Source of the DNA: a virus
Taxonomy: Duplodnaviria > Heunggongvirae > Uroviricota > Caudoviricetes
IMG/VR virus record: IMGVR_UViG_3300037418_002962
Coordinates: 26,650 to 90,649 of that record
DNA: 64,000 nt
Direction: 5' to 3' (one strand)
Shown here: one piece after another, positions 18,153 to 28,544 of the stretch
Layout: every line of letters starts with the position of its first letter
Position numbering within the stretch: position 1 is the stretch's first letter
Position numbers and translations under genes: made by a program
Notes under the pieces: model-generated
Seen by the model: only the letters and a program-made list of their open reading frames with translations
The model's database searches: none
Told to the model about the DNA's origin: nothing

Positions 18153-18591
18153 TCTAAATTTAGAAGACTTTGTAGAAGAAGGAAAGCAACATCCAATCCT
18201 TGGACCAGAGTATTTCATGGCAAGGAAGATTGCTGAAAATACCTTAAATAATTTCAAAGATAAATGTTTCAATGAATTTCTTAAAGAAACCTCAGAAAAG
18301 CTTTATGAAAAATTTCAAGAAACTTTCGAATCTTCTCTTATGTTTGATGCAGAAAATAATATTCAACATCAGATTTGGAATACAGTAGAGCAGATTATTC
18401 GTGCCATTCTTGGTGGAGAACAATATATCCTCCAAAAATATGTTTTAGGTCCAAAGTATGATTGTGGAAAAATCAGGGAGACAGTTGCAAAGCTTATCCC
18501 TGAGGAACTACAAAATGCTCGTATCAAGGATCTTGAAAGTGAACTTAAAAATGTTAAAGACAATCTTGAATTTTATCAAAGGAGATATTAA
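18145..18591 (+). CDS. Hypothetical protein
   Basis: Coupled ORF with coiled-coil-like C-terminus. Confidence 0.65.
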   Translation: MNNLNLEDFVEEGKQHPILGPEYFMARKIAENTLNNFKDKCFNEFLKETSEKLYEKFQETFESSLMFDAENNIQHQIWNTVEQIIRAILGGEQYILQKYVLGPKYDCGKIRETVAKLIPEELQNARIKDLESELKNVKDNLEFYQRRY

Positions 18592-18751
18592 ATTATGGAA
18601 CTTCTACTAATTCTACCCTTTACAGCATGGGTTTACTTTGTTGCTAAAAACAATCCTAATTATGACGGTTCACCTATCGAATCAACTTCATATATTATGA
18701 CATTGCGTAAGAATCAGCTATAATTAATTTTTAACAAGGAGACAATATTAG

Positions 18752-18788
18752 AAGCACCCTTAGGCAACTTTCAGGTGCTTTTTTGTTT
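18752..18788 (+). terminator. Intrinsic terminator
   Basis: AAGCACC/GGTGCTT stem followed by a T tract. Confidence 0.7.
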
Positions 18789-18794
18789 ATGGGC

Positions 18795-18822
18795 TTGCAT
18801 TCTCTGAATTTGGTGTTATACT
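18795..18822 (+). promoter_or_regulatory. Sigma70-type early promoter
   Basis: TTGCAT-N16-TATACT, extended -10. Confidence 0.55.
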
Positions 18823-18846
18823 AATTCCAAGTTTAGGAGATAGCAA

Positions 18847-19179
18847 ATGGAAACCATGTTCGATATTGTGAAGGCTGATTTTATTGAAGAAGTTATTGTG
18901 TACCAGGGACCTTTATATCATATTTGGTTCCCTGAAGATCCAGAACCATCTGTTGTAGCTGATTGGTTCGTTGGGGTGGCTTTAAAAGATGGCAAGCATT
19001 TTGCACATCATATGAACTTCCGACATCAGTATAATGCGAATCAGCTTGCAGAGAAGATCCGCAATGCAAAGGAAATTAATCTGGATCATTGGTATGAACT
19101 TCTGCCATATGATCGCGAACTTGAAGAAGAAATTGAGATCATGCGGGAATATGAAGAAGATGGCCGAAGCTTCTTCTGA
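18847..19179 (+). CDS. Hypothetical early protein
   Basis: AGGAG RBS. Confidence 0.7.
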   Translation: METMFDIVKADFIEEVIVYQGPLYHIWFPEDPEPSVVADWFVGVALKDGKHFAHHMNFRHQYNANQLAEKIRNAKEINLDHWYELLPYDRELEEEIEIMREYEEDGRSFF

Positions 19180-19197
19180 TTTTGTAGGGGTTATCCC

Positions 19198-19419
19198 ATG
19201 GACATTAGACATTACTGGACTGGAGAACTTGGCCCTTATAGGATGATTGTGGATCTTTGTGCCTTGTTCATTCTGGGGAAGCTAGTCATTCTCGGAATTA
19301 AAATAGGTTTTAGAATCTTCCTTGGCATACTTGCAATTTCTCTTCTGGTATTGTATATTAAGTTTCCTCATCAATTTGATGATGTTATCACCTTTTTCTT
19401 TGATCCATTGGAGAATTGA
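19198..19419 (+). CDS. Small membrane protein
   Basis: Hydrophobic helices. Confidence 0.5.
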   Translation: MDIRHYWTGELGPYRMIVDLCALFILGKLVILGIKIGFRIFLGILAISLLVLYIKFPHQFDDVITFFFDPLEN

Positions 19420-19829
19420 TCATGGCTACTGGTTCCGTTGAGTTCGAGAAGATTTTTATAGAAGCTTCTGAAGCAGCGCGAAAGGCTGTTGAGGATATTG
19501 TCAAGGTTAGGCCAGAAAATCACTTTGCTTTTGATTGTGGTTTTGCATGGGTAGTCATTCGTCCTGGAACCTCCCCGTTTGTTTGCTGGCTTCGTAAGCA
19601 GATTCGAGAGGCCCAGAAGGGCATTACGGATGGTCGTGAAAAGCGGCTTGCCAAGCAGAATGCAGAGGTTAAGTATGGTCATAAGCATTATTATGGGGGC
19701 TGGCAGATTTGGCAGCCGGGAGGCTGGTATGGGCAAAGCATCCATATTCATGAAGCAGGAGCTAAGGCATTTGCTGAAGTTCTGGTGAAGCATGGTATTG
19801 AGGCTTTTGCAGATTCAAGGTTAGATTGA
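19416..19829 (+). CDS. Conserved phage protein of unknown function
   Basis: CGFAWV...AKAFAEVL...ADSRLD pattern. Confidence 0.7.
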   Translation: MIMATGSVEFEKIFIEASEAARKAVEDIVKVRPENHFAFDCGFAWVVIRPGTSPFVCWLRKQIREAQKGITDGREKRLAKQNAEVKYGHKHYYGGWQIWQPGGWYGQSIHIHEAGAKAFAEVLVKHGIEAFADSRLD

Positions 19830-20194
19830 TCATGACCGATAGAAAAATTGTCCAAATTAAAGACGATCTTTATGGTTCTGATGAGGTATTTTATGGGCCT
19901 ATTGATGGTCTGATAGATTATCTCAAAGGGCTTAAGAAGTTCTATCCTGATGTCAAGGATCTTAAAATTGATTTTGATGCAGGATATAATAATGTTGAAT
20001 TCTATGTAATTGGCTCTCGTCTAGAGAATGATGAGGAATATTCACAGAGGATGGCTGCTGAAGAAAAAGCAAGATTGGACGCTGAAGCAAGGAAGCAAAA
20101 ACGTATTGAGGCTATGAAGAAAAAGAGTAAGAAAGATAAGCAAAAGGCTTATGAGCAATTCTTGGAATTGAAGGCTGTTTTTGAACCAAACTGA
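19826..20194 (+). CDS. Hypothetical protein
   Basis: Coupled ORF, charged C-terminus. Confidence 0.65.
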   Translation: MIMTDRKIVQIKDDLYGSDEVFYGPIDGLIDYLKGLKKFYPDVKDLKIDFDAGYNNVEFYVIGSRLENDEEYSQRMAAEEKARLDAEARKQKRIEAMKKKSKKDKQKAYEQFLELKAVFEPN

Positions 20195-20207
20195 AAGGAT
20201 ATAAGAA

Positions 20208-20786
20208 ATGAATTTTGAAGATATTAAGGTTGGACAAATTTTGCATCATCAAAATGATGCCGATTCTGAAAAGATAGATTATCATGTGTTTAAAATTGAT
20301 GATAATAAAAAGACATTTCATATAAGGTGGGTTTCATCTTATAGATATGATGCAGGAGAAGCAGAATGTTCTGAATATTCTGCAAAATATCATTATGTTG
20401 CACCGCACTCTCCATCATTACATAAATTTAATGTTGGTGATGTGATTTATAATCATGGTAGAAAAATCAAAGCAACCGTAAAGGCTCAATTTGAAGATAT
20501 GTATTTACTTGGTAGTTTCAATGAACGATATAAGGTTTTTAAATGTTTCATTGTAGATCGGGATTATTGTTTAGTTACTCCAGAAATTGAGATTGGAAAG
20601 ACTTATAAAGGCTCTTCTAATTCTGGAATTGATTCTTATATAACATTCAAGCCTATCCAAAGATTTACCAATCATAATGGAACTGTCTTTTTGGCCTTTG
20701 ATCAATTTTATAATGGAAGATGGAAAGAAACTAATCAGTTGAGTGAGGCATATTGTCTAACAAGTTGGGAATTAGTTGATGATTGA
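20208..20786 (+). CDS. Hypothetical protein with repeated xVG(D/Q/K) modules
   Basis: IKVGQIL, FNVGDVI, IEIGKTY. Confidence 0.65.
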   Translation: MNFEDIKVGQILHHQNDADSEKIDYHVFKIDDNKKTFHIRWVSSYRYDAGEAECSEYSAKYHYVAPHSPSLHKFNVGDVIYNHGRKIKATVKAQFEDMYLLGSFNERYKVFKCFIVDRDYCLVTPEIEIGKTYKGSSNSGIDSYITFKPIQRFTNHNGTVFLAFDQFYNGRWKETNQLSEAYCLTSWELVDD

Positions 20787-21006
20787 GAGAACTGAAAAAG
20801 AGCAATGGGAAGAAGATTTTGCTTTACACTGTGAAAGCATGGCAAAAACTTTGAAGAATTTTGTTGCAGATTGGGCTAAGAATCCTACTCCTGATAACTT
20901 GGCAAAAGCAACAGAATGTGCTATAAAAGCTAAGACTTATTCTGAAGTAGCTAGTCAATTACGAATCCCTTATTTAAGCAGGAAAGAAAATGAATTTCTT
21001 GAATAA
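20776..21006 (+). CDS. Hypothetical protein
   Basis: Coupled ORF. Confidence 0.6.
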   Translation: MMIERTEKEQWEEDFALHCESMAKTLKNFVADWAKNPTPDNLAKATECAIKAKTYSEVASQLRIPYLSRKENEFLE

Positions 21007-22147
21007 CCAAGACCTAAAGAATTTTGTCAATAATCTTGCCTCATCTGGAATTGAGGTAAGATTTGTAGGCGGATGCGTGCGGGATCATCTTCTCGATAAA
21101 CAGCCTAATGACATTGATCTTTGTACCCCTGCCCTTCCTAAGGTTGTCCAATCTGTTTGTGAATCTCTTGGTTATAGAACTATTCCAACTGGAATTGAGC
21201 ATGGAACTGTAACGGTACTCCTTAACGATTCTCTCAAGGTTGAGGTTACAACTCTCAGGATTGATAATGACTGTGATGGTAGACATGCAAATGTTGAATT
21301 CACTGATTCATGGGAGCATGATGCAGAGCGTAGGGATTTCACTATCAATGCAATGTCTATGGATATTAATGGTCATCTCTACGATTATTTTGAGGGTAAG
21401 CAAGATCTTGAAGATGGTGTGATTAGATTTGTTGGTGATAGCAACAAACGAATTCAGGAAGATTATCTAAGGATTCTTAGGTTTTTTAGATTTGCTGTAA
21501 ATTTTGGGTTTGAGTTGGATCAGAATGGCATTAATGCTTGTGCTAAAAATATTGAGGGGTTGAAAAATATATCTGGCGAGAGAATCCAATCTGAGATGTT
21601 CAAGCTTTTTTCAACATCAGAATATATCTATGAAGACATTCTATTTAGAATGGAAGAAATTGGAGTTTTTAAGAATATTGATGCAGAATGTTTCACTAAC
21701 TTGGATGATATTTGTAGATATAATAGGAACTATCAAGATTCTGTAGGAGTTATTTCTAGAATTATTTCAGGTTCTCCAGAAAAACTCATTGAACGTTGGA
21801 AGCTTTCTAATTTTGATGCCAATAAGATTAGGTATCTCGTGAAAGATAACACTTCATATTATGGAAATCTGAAGCAACTAAAGATTGATATTGTAAATGG
21901 TATTCCTTTAGATTATGTTATTCAAAAGGCAATAAATGTTTATTGTATGAAAGATGAAATTGAGGAACTTGCAATTTTTCATTTTAATCTTCCAATATTT
22001 CCAGTTTCTGGGGATGATTTAATTTCTAGATTTGGTTGCAAGCAGGGAAAAGAGCTAGGACTAATTTTAAAGGCACTTCATTATATCTGGATTGAAAAAG
22101 ATTTCTTGCCTTCCAAGGAAGATTTGTTAAAATATATAACTGATTGA
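20990..22147 (+). CDS. cca: tRNA nucleotidyltransferase (CCA-adding / poly(A) polymerase family, class II)
   Basis: FVGGCVRD, DIDL, EVTTLR, DAERRDFTINA, EDYLRILRFFRF, SGERI. Confidence 0.92.
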   Translation: MNFLNNQDLKNFVNNLASSGIEVRFVGGCVRDHLLDKQPNDIDLCTPALPKVVQSVCESLGYRTIPTGIEHGTVTVLLNDSLKVEVTTLRIDNDCDGRHANVEFTDSWEHDAERRDFTINAMSMDINGHLYDYFEGKQDLEDGVIRFVGDSNKRIQEDYLRILRFFRFAVNFGFELDQNGINACAKNIEGLKNISGERIQSEMFKLFSTSEYIYEDILFRMEEIGVFKNIDAECFTNLDDICRYNRNYQDSVGVISRIISGSPEKLIERWKLSNFDANKIRYLVKDNTSYYGNLKQLKIDIVNGIPLDYVIQKAINVYCMKDEIEELAIFHFNLPIFPVSGDDLISRFGCKQGKELGLILKALHYIWIEKDFLPSKEDLLKYITD

Positions 22148-22155
22148 GGAATTAA

Positions 22156-22446
22156 ATGTTTACAGTAAGATATCTCCAGATTTGGGAAAAATGTGATCAG
22201 AAATCTATTGAGGAATGTTATTATCAGGCAAAGAAGGATGGATATGATCTGGAATTGCGAGTAGAGGTTACTGCCTTATGGAACCTGGAAACAAAGGAAG
22301 ATATGATTAAAGCAGTAACAAAAATTTATTTACCAATGTTTCAAATTCCAGATAGAGTAATTTTCCAATTTTGGGACAATACTTATCTAATTTGGAAAGA
22401 CAAATATTATCCAGAGAACAAGAAGAACAATGGAAGAAGATTATAG
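22156..22446 (+). CDS. Hypothetical protein
   Basis: GAGG RBS. Confidence 0.6.
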   Translation: MFTVRYLQIWEKCDQKSIEECYYQAKKDGYDLELRVEVTALWNLETKEDMIKAVTKIYLPMFQIPDRVIFQFWDNTYLIWKDKYYPENKKNNGRRL

Positions 22447-22816
22447 AATGTATTGCATTGTCTCGAAAGAGGCATTAAAGTTGATGAATGGGAACCGAGG
22501 AAAATTAGGAACTCAGACAGGCCATGCATACCTACATTGCTTCTGGGATGCAGAAGAAAGATTTCCAGAATCTGCAAAAAGCTATAAAGATTCCTTGAAA
22601 AATGGCACAAGAGCCTATAAGATTACACTATACGTTGAGACTACCAAAGAGCTAGAGGTTCTTCATGATTTATACAAAGATCTATGTGGTGTTTCTCTTG
22701 TTGTGGATCAGGCTCATACTGTTTTTGATAAGCCAACAATGACATGTCTAGGCATTGGTCCTATCCAGCCAAGCAAAAGGGAAGATATCGTTAAAAATTT
22801 AAAGGGGTTACTATGA
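22430..22816 (+). CDS. pth2: Peptidyl-tRNA hydrolase type 2
   Basis: GKLGTQTGHA, KITL, VVDQAHT, TCLGIGP. Confidence 0.85.
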   Translation: MEEDYRMYCIVSKEALKLMNGNRGKLGTQTGHAYLHCFWDAEERFPESAKSYKDSLKNGTRAYKITLYVETTKELEVLHDLYKDLCGVSLVVDQAHTVFDKPTMTCLGIGPIQPSKREDIVKNLKGLL

Positions 22817-23112
22817 TTTTTTATGAAGAAGAACTGGGAAATCTGGACTCTATAAAGGATTATCTCGCTAATGATAAAGGCTCCATAGAGATTGTTTATT
22901 TTGGAAATGAACGCATTGATACTTTGATTTCCCAGAAGGTTTTCTTTGTCTCTGAGAAATCAAGACAAGATTGTCTGGATAATAACTGCTGCTTTAGAGT
23001 AAGAATTTTTAATACAAAAGGCATGATTTTAAAGAAGGGCCTGATCTATGGGTATTCTCTTCAAGAAATCATGGAATATGTTGAAAATACCTATAGCAAG
23101 GATGATTACTGA
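22813..23112 (+). CDS. Hypothetical protein
   Basis: ATGA overlap. Confidence 0.55.
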   Translation: MIFYEEELGNLDSIKDYLANDKGSIEIVYFGNERIDTLISQKVFFVSEKSRQDCLDNNCCFRVRIFNTKGMILKKGLIYGYSLQEIMEYVENTYSKDDY

Positions 23113-23696
23113 GTTACCAGAGTAATATCAAAATCAGTGTAAGAGAAAATAGCATCACAGGTGATATATTCAGGATTTGTTCCGGTCGTATTAAACTTCA
23201 AAGCTCCCAAATTAGTAGGCCATAAATCAGTAAAATCTACTGTGGCAGTATGATTATTTTTACTATCAAGGATAACTAAGCTACCATCAGAAAATACTCC
23301 CTCTGTTCCTTTTTTCCAGCCAGATCCTTGAATATCTAACTGAGAAATGCTCTTCATCCAGGAAAAGATTTCAAAGTAATTTTTTAATTTTTCATCAACT
23401 TTGAATGTTAGCGGAAGCTGAGAAAATACTAAATGATCTCCTGGAATAGGTCTATTAACATTTGGATTTGTTATATTAGTTGGGGGCAAGGATAATCCAG
23501 GAACTTCTACTGCCTGTAAGTAATAATCCGTATTTGGAGTTCTGGATAAAACAAACTGAAAATTTAATCCACTAAGAAAATTTTCCTGACTGATTCCAGT
23601 CTGGATAATCTGAGTATTAGCTGGTGTAATATTACTTGTGAATTCTGCCCCAAACTGACCAAAATCTGTAGAAATTGCTGTGTTTTGTGTTGTCAT
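23106..23696 (-). CDS. gp3: Tail completion / sheath stabiliser gp3-like
   Basis: NFLSGLNFQF, VPGLSL, IPGDHL..LTFKVDE..NYFEI..W. Confidence 0.75.
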   Translation of the reverse strand: MTTQNTAISTDFGQFGAEFTSNITPANTQIIQTGISQENFLSGLNFQFVLSRTPNTDYYLQAVEVPGLSLPPTNITNPNVNRPIPGDHLVFSQLPLTFKVDEKLKNYFEIFSWMKSISQLDIQGSGWKKGTEGVFSDGSLVILDSKNNHTATVDFTDLWPTNLGALKFNTTGTNPEYITCDAIFSYTDFDITLVTQ

Positions 23697-23698
23697 TT

Positions 23699-24361
23699 TT
23701 AATTACCAAATATAAAATTAAATCCAGAAAGTATTGGATTAGATAAATTAAATCCTGGAACAACTTGATTGACATTTACAGTATTTCCACCAGGACCAAC
23801 AAATTTATTAGTACCTGTAGTCATTTGAATAATATCTCCTTGAATAACATTTACGTTATCAATAATAAAATCTGCAGATGAAGTTCCTATATAATTCCAA
23901 GAAGTAGTTCCGTCTAATATTGGAGAAATATTTCCTACAGGGCCAAAACCAGAAGTATTTGAAGTTCCGGTTGATTGACACTTATATGCATTTCTTGCAT
24001 TACTAATGTACATTCCTGTTGAATAGCTAGTATTTGCCTGCCAGATCCCTCTTGTTGCCTGACCAATAGTTCCTTGAAGAATTACAGAATTTGAATTAGT
24101 ATAAACTCTAAAGAAATTTGTTGTTCCATCAATTACTGCACCATTAGAAGAAGGATTTGTAAGAGTAATAACACCATTTGAGGTTGTGGCAAACACTCCA
24201 GACACTGGCAAGGTTGTTATAATACTATTTGAATAAACATTTGTAGAAATAGTAGCAGGAATTTGCCCAGAGTAAATTACATAATAGGCATTGTTTCCAA
24301 TAGATGAAATTAATGCCTGATTTATTTGATCTCTGGTGGTTGAGGCAATAAACAAACTCAT
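23699..24361 (-). CDS. Virion structural protein with a carbohydrate-binding-like module
   Basis: WQANTSYSTG..YKCQSTGTS resembles CBM5/12-type repeats; S/T/N/G-rich. Confidence 0.55.
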   Translation of the reverse strand: MSLFIASTTRDQINQALISSIGNNAYYVIYSGQIPATISTNVYSNSIITTLPVSGVFATTSNGVITLTNPSSNGAVIDGTTNFFRVYTNSNSVILQGTIGQATRGIWQANTSYSTGMYISNARNAYKCQSTGTSNTSGFGPVGNISPILDGTTSWNYIGTSSADFIIDNVNVIQGDIIQMTTGTNKFVGPGGNTVNVNQVVPGFNLSNPILSGFNFIFGN

Positions 24362-24399
24362 TTTTAATATTCCTTTTTAAATATTTATGAATTTGTTTA

Positions 24400-27300
24400 T
24401 TATTGATCAGGCCACCACTGCGAACCATCAAAGAAGTATTTCAATACTTGACCAGCAGTTAAACTTGTTGGCGTAGCTCCAAAGAAAGTCTGACCTGTAT
24501 TTGCAGACAAGGTAAATGATGTTACTGCCTGACTGGTGTATATCTTCAAGGTCTGATTGGCAGGGAAATTGGCTGGCATTGTTAATGTAAGTGAAGCCAG
24601 TGTTCCTGCTGGTGTCATTCTGTATGTTACATTTCCATCAGGAATTGTCAACGTATTGCCTGAAGTTGGAGTTACAGTATAAACTCCTTTAACAATGGTT
24701 TGGCCTGTTGATAATCTCAATCCCTTCATTGCTGCATCATTAAGTAACTGTCCAACAGTACTAATGTGTGATGCGCACTGACCATCATAACGTGAAATTG
24801 GAAGCAATGCGCCTAGCGAACAGTTACCATAACCATCTTTAAATGCAAGAGCAGCAATGAAGGTTGCATGTTCTGGTTTTGCTGTTTTGGAAGTAGATCC
24901 AGCAATACCACCATAGGCAGAATTATAAATCTTCAAGCTTGCAGGGGTACCTGGAACAGAGAATGTTGGTGAAAACAATCCACCAAATCTAATAACACCG
25001 TTTTCTTCCACAAGATTTGGTCCTGGATTACCACAGTTAGCAATAACAAGACGAGTACCTATAAACTCAAATATTGGTACCCAAAGCATATTGTTAAGAC
25101 CCGTGCTAGTCTGGCACATAAATCCATACTGTCCTGTTGATTTTCTTGGAACCTGGACCATAGACACATTAAGGGTTTGACCGCTAGTAACATTTCCAGT
25201 TAGGTTTGAGGCAGTTAATCCATCAGCCTGTGTTAGAGTGATTGTAACTGGAAATGGAGTGGTTCCACTTGTACTTACTCCACCGATTGTTGTACCTGCT
25301 GGAATATTAGTTCCTGTAATTGATGCTCCTAGATGCTTATAGTTTACACAAGCAGCAGCGGCAGCACAAGTCAATGTATTAGTTCCACTGGTTCCTGTTA
25401 CTCCAGTGATGTTATAATTGAAAGTATCAATTTCATAATCAATCATACCAGCAGCAGATCCTGTTGTTCCATTTGATGTCTGGTTATAAAACAATCTTAC
25501 CTGATTACCCGGATAATCAATAAAGGCAGTATTAGTATTTCCTCCGCTTGTATTTGGCCCATTTGGGTTACCAATAGTATAATCAACTTCGTTACCTAGA
25601 TTTGCCCAGAAAGCATTAGCATTTGATAGGTTATTCGCAAATGAAGTGGCAGCAAGAACAGTATAAGTTCCAGTAGATGGGCCATACTGCCAAAGCGTTT
25701 GCCAAGAAAGTCCATCACTAACGTAGCCTGGGTAACTGAAAGGTAATGATTGTTGAGAGGCCCAGTTCTGTCCAGCCCCGATAAGATCATCATCCTTTGA
25801 CATAGGAATTGTCTGAGGATCATACCCATCATATACAATTTTACCAACTCTTGCAGCATCACCGATCATTCCAGGACAGCCACCGTTTGCTAGCTTAATA
25901 ACACAACTATTAGCAAATCCACGCATTGCTAGAGCAGCATAATCATTTCCTGTCTGAACCTGTGTAGTTAGATTCATCGATGGATCGCCTAGTGTTTGCT
26001 CTGAAGATGTTGCAATACCAATATCAGGGAACGTTTTACATGATCCTGTTCCTGCTCCCCAGTATGCTGAATTCTGTGTCATTTTAATAACACGTTGTAA
26101 AGATCCATACTTAAAACCAGCGCCATCATTATTTGTAAATTTCAAAATAATAGCGTCAGGACATCCTGGCATTGGATATGGGAAAGCATTGCTGCCTACA
26201 ATTGTTCCATCTCTAACTAAATCTATCCAATGTGTGGCAGCAGGATACCATGGATTATTTGCACGCTGCGCAGGAATTCCTGCTCTTTGTCCAGCAGGAT
26301 CAAGATCATCAGTTGTAGACCCACCTACGCCCATAAAGTTACAGATTACGTTTTTTGGCTTTAGTTGAGCTTTAATTTCATCACACATAACAACCGGCCA
26401 GTTGTGCTCCTGGGTAGCACCTGAGGTAAACTGTGTGAAGTTACTATCACCAACAAATGCAACAACACACTGAAGGGGATTATTATTGCATTGCCACAAA
26501 TCTCTTGCCGCATTAAATGTATTAACAGGAATTGGTTGAAGATTATTTGTATCTCTTGGACCAGGACCATGAAAATAATAAGACATACCGACAGTTGTTG
26601 TTCCGAGAGGAAATTCTAGCGTACCATTACCTTCCATAATACAGCTAGAAAATGCTGTACCTGCATTGTGTGTATCAGTGTTAAAATCAGGAACCCAATA
26701 ATCGCCACTTAATAGAACATGGTGAGTACCACGAATAGTATTTCTAGCACATTGCTGGAATGCCTGTGTAAGTGGTGTTAAATCACTATGACCGATCTTT
26801 ACATTGCCCCCTGGGATTGGTGTAGCTGTTACAGTAGCAGGCACAGAAGCACTGGCATTTGCTGTTAAGACAACATTAAATGGATCTGTAACGCTAGAAA
26901 TCTGAGCAATAAGGGGAGCAGTACCTACGTAAGTTGATGCAGGTGTTGCACCTACTAATGGTAGTTGAACATATTTTGCAGGTGAAGTTGCATCACTAGG
27001 ATCAAATAAGTAAGGACCCCATAACAAATATTGCTGAACTCCAGGTAATGCAGTGCTTGTTCTAGGATAGACATAAGCAACAGTTGTACTATCTTCTGCT
27101 ACGATATTTCCCTTATACAGTCCACCAGAAGCACCAGCACCATTTAACTGAACTTGGCTACCAAGATCAGCACCACTAACTCCAACTCCATTATTAAACC
27201 ACGCATGAGTAGTTGTAACTTTTGTTACGTTGATTAAGTTTGTTGAAGTGATATCGCCCGCTAATCTTGCAGCATCTAATATTGACTGAGGAATTGCATC

Positions 27301-28212
27301 TGAAACTGCAATGGTTGTATTCTGTGTTGTAACAGTATCATAAAGAACCATGTTGGGACTTCCTGGAGATTTTGTTCCTCCATTTTCCCATATGGTTACG
27401 TCTAGGTTTGAGTTAGTTGCAACTGTATTTGCTAGTGTAGCGGTACAAGTAGTTGATCCAACTGCGCAACTCATTGAGTTAATATGGCTGAAAGTTGCTC
27501 CAAAGAAAAGGACCCATTCTTCTGTAGTATTATCAAGGTAAGAAAAATGAATAGGGGGAGAACCATTAGGAAAATTGAAAGTAACAGTTGTGGTTCCGTT
27601 TGAACTTCCTACTCCATAAAATTGATATGTAGCTGCAAACTGAAGTTTATTCGAACCGCTTTCTATTAGAAATGGTTCAGCCATACGCTTTTTGTCTGCA
27701 TATACTGGAGGGAAATTTTCTGGTCTGTATGCAGTAACGCCTACACCTAAATTATTACGAGCAGTATAATTATCATTAACGTCCGAAAGGTTATTTGGGC
27801 CAAGCAAACTAGTTCCAGAATTAAGCGTTTTTCTCCATGTAGTGGCAGACGAATCATACACATAGCGAATAGATCTTCCTGGACCAATACTATCTGTTGA
27901 ACCAGAACTGAAAGATGTTCCAGCCCCTGCTGTAATTGTATCGGTTGCAGTAGCATCTACGTTATTAACAGTAATCTGTGTACCATTCTGCAATCCTGCG
28001 GTATTTGATGCAGGAAATGTGTCAGTCATTGCAGAACCAGAATTAGACCGTCTTGTTTCTGTAGTAAAATCGGAATTAGTAAAAGTCTTGCTTGTTCCGG
28101 TTACTGTTTGAATCGGTAAAAGATTTGTGCTTGGATTGTATGCAGCAATAGCACCTGTAGAAACTACTAAAAACATTAATAATGTAAGTAAAAACTTAGT
28201 AGAATATTTCAT
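24400..28212 (-). CDS. Large fibre/appendage-like protein with an SGNH esterase domain and an N-terminal signal peptide
   Basis: FVGDS, GVGGS, TNND, downstream His; T/G/S-rich; MKYSTKFLLTLLMFLVVSTGAIA. Confidence 0.6.
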   Translation of the reverse strand: MKYSTKFLLTLLMFLVVSTGAIAAYNPSTNLLPIQTVTGTSKTFTNSDFTTETRRSNSGSAMTDTFPASNTAGLQNGTQITVNNVDATATDTITAGAGTSFSSGSTDSIGPGRSIRYVYDSSATTWRKTLNSGTSLLGPNNLSDVNDNYTARNNLGVGVTAYRPENFPPVYADKKRMAEPFLIESGSNKLQFAATYQFYGVGSSNGTTTVTFNFPNGSPPIHFSYLDNTTEEWVLFFGATFSHINSMSCAVGSTTCTATLANTVATNSNLDVTIWENGGTKSPGSPNMVLYDTVTTQNTTIAVSDAIPQSILDAARLAGDITSTNLINVTKVTTTHAWFNNGVGVSGADLGSQVQLNGAGASGGLYKGNIVAEDSTTVAYVYPRTSTALPGVQQYLLWGPYLFDPSDATSPAKYVQLPLVGATPASTYVGTAPLIAQISSVTDPFNVVLTANASASVPATVTATPIPGGNVKIGHSDLTPLTQAFQQCARNTIRGTHHVLLSGDYWVPDFNTDTHNAGTAFSSCIMEGNGTLEFPLGTTTVGMSYYFHGPGPRDTNNLQPIPVNTFNAARDLWQCNNNPLQCVVAFVGDSNFTQFTSGATQEHNWPVVMCDEIKAQLKPKNVICNFMGVGGSTTDDLDPAGQRAGIPAQRANNPWYPAATHWIDLVRDGTIVGSNAFPYPMPGCPDAIILKFTNNDGAGFKYGSLQRVIKMTQNSAYWGAGTGSCKTFPDIGIATSSEQTLGDPSMNLTTQVQTGNDYAALAMRGFANSCVIKLANGGCPGMIGDAARVGKIVYDGYDPQTIPMSKDDDLIGAGQNWASQQSLPFSYPGYVSDGLSWQTLWQYGPSTGTYTVLAATSFANNLSNANAFWANLGNEVDYTIGNPNGPNTSGGNTNTAFIDYPGNQVRLFYNQTSNGTTGSAAGMIDYEIDTFNYNITGVTGTSGTNTLTCAAAAACVNYKHLGASITGTNIPAGTTIGGVSTSGTTPFPVTITLTQADGLTASNLTGNVTSGQTLNVSMVQVPRKSTGQYGFMCQTSTGLNNMLWVPIFEFIGTRLVIANCGNPGPNLVEENGVIRFGGLFSPTFSVPGTPASLKIYNSAYGGIAGSTSKTAKPEHATFIAALAFKDGYGNCSLGALLPISRYDGQCASHISTVGQLLNDAAMKGLRLSTGQTIVKGVYTVTPTSGNTLTIPDGNVTYRMTPAGTLASLTLTMPANFPANQTLKIYTSQAVTSFTLSANTGQTFFGATPTSLTAGQVLKYFFDGSQWWPDQ

Positions 28213-28222
28213 TTATTTCCTC

Positions 28223-28543
28223 TTATAATACAATCCAATTAGTACCGTCAAATTGAAAATCAAAAGCTCCATAATTAACATTTATCACAAAATTTGCTTG
28301 TCCATCAATTAGTCCAGATGCAGGTACAACTGTAATGTTATTAGTTCCTGCATCTCCTTTACCATCTTTTATAATTAATATCTGTCCTGTACTTGGAGAA
28401 CTCATTAAATTCACTGTAGTAGCGGAACCTACTGATTTATTTATCTCAACAACCATATCTGATAGAGATATTGATATGGTTGTTCCTGATGTTATTATTC
28501 TTGTTGGTCTAATATTTAAAAATACTGGAGGTAAATTACTCAT
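28223..28543 (-). CDS. Small virion structural protein
   Basis: IIKDGKGDAGTNNITV...FDGTNW beta-module typical of phage fibres. Confidence 0.6.
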   Translation of the reverse strand: MSNLPPVFLNIRPTRIITSGTTISISLSDMVVEINKSVGSATTVNLMSSPSTGQILIIKDGKGDAGTNNITVVPASGLIDGQANFVINVNYGAFDFQFDGTNWIVL

Positions 28544-28544
28544 T

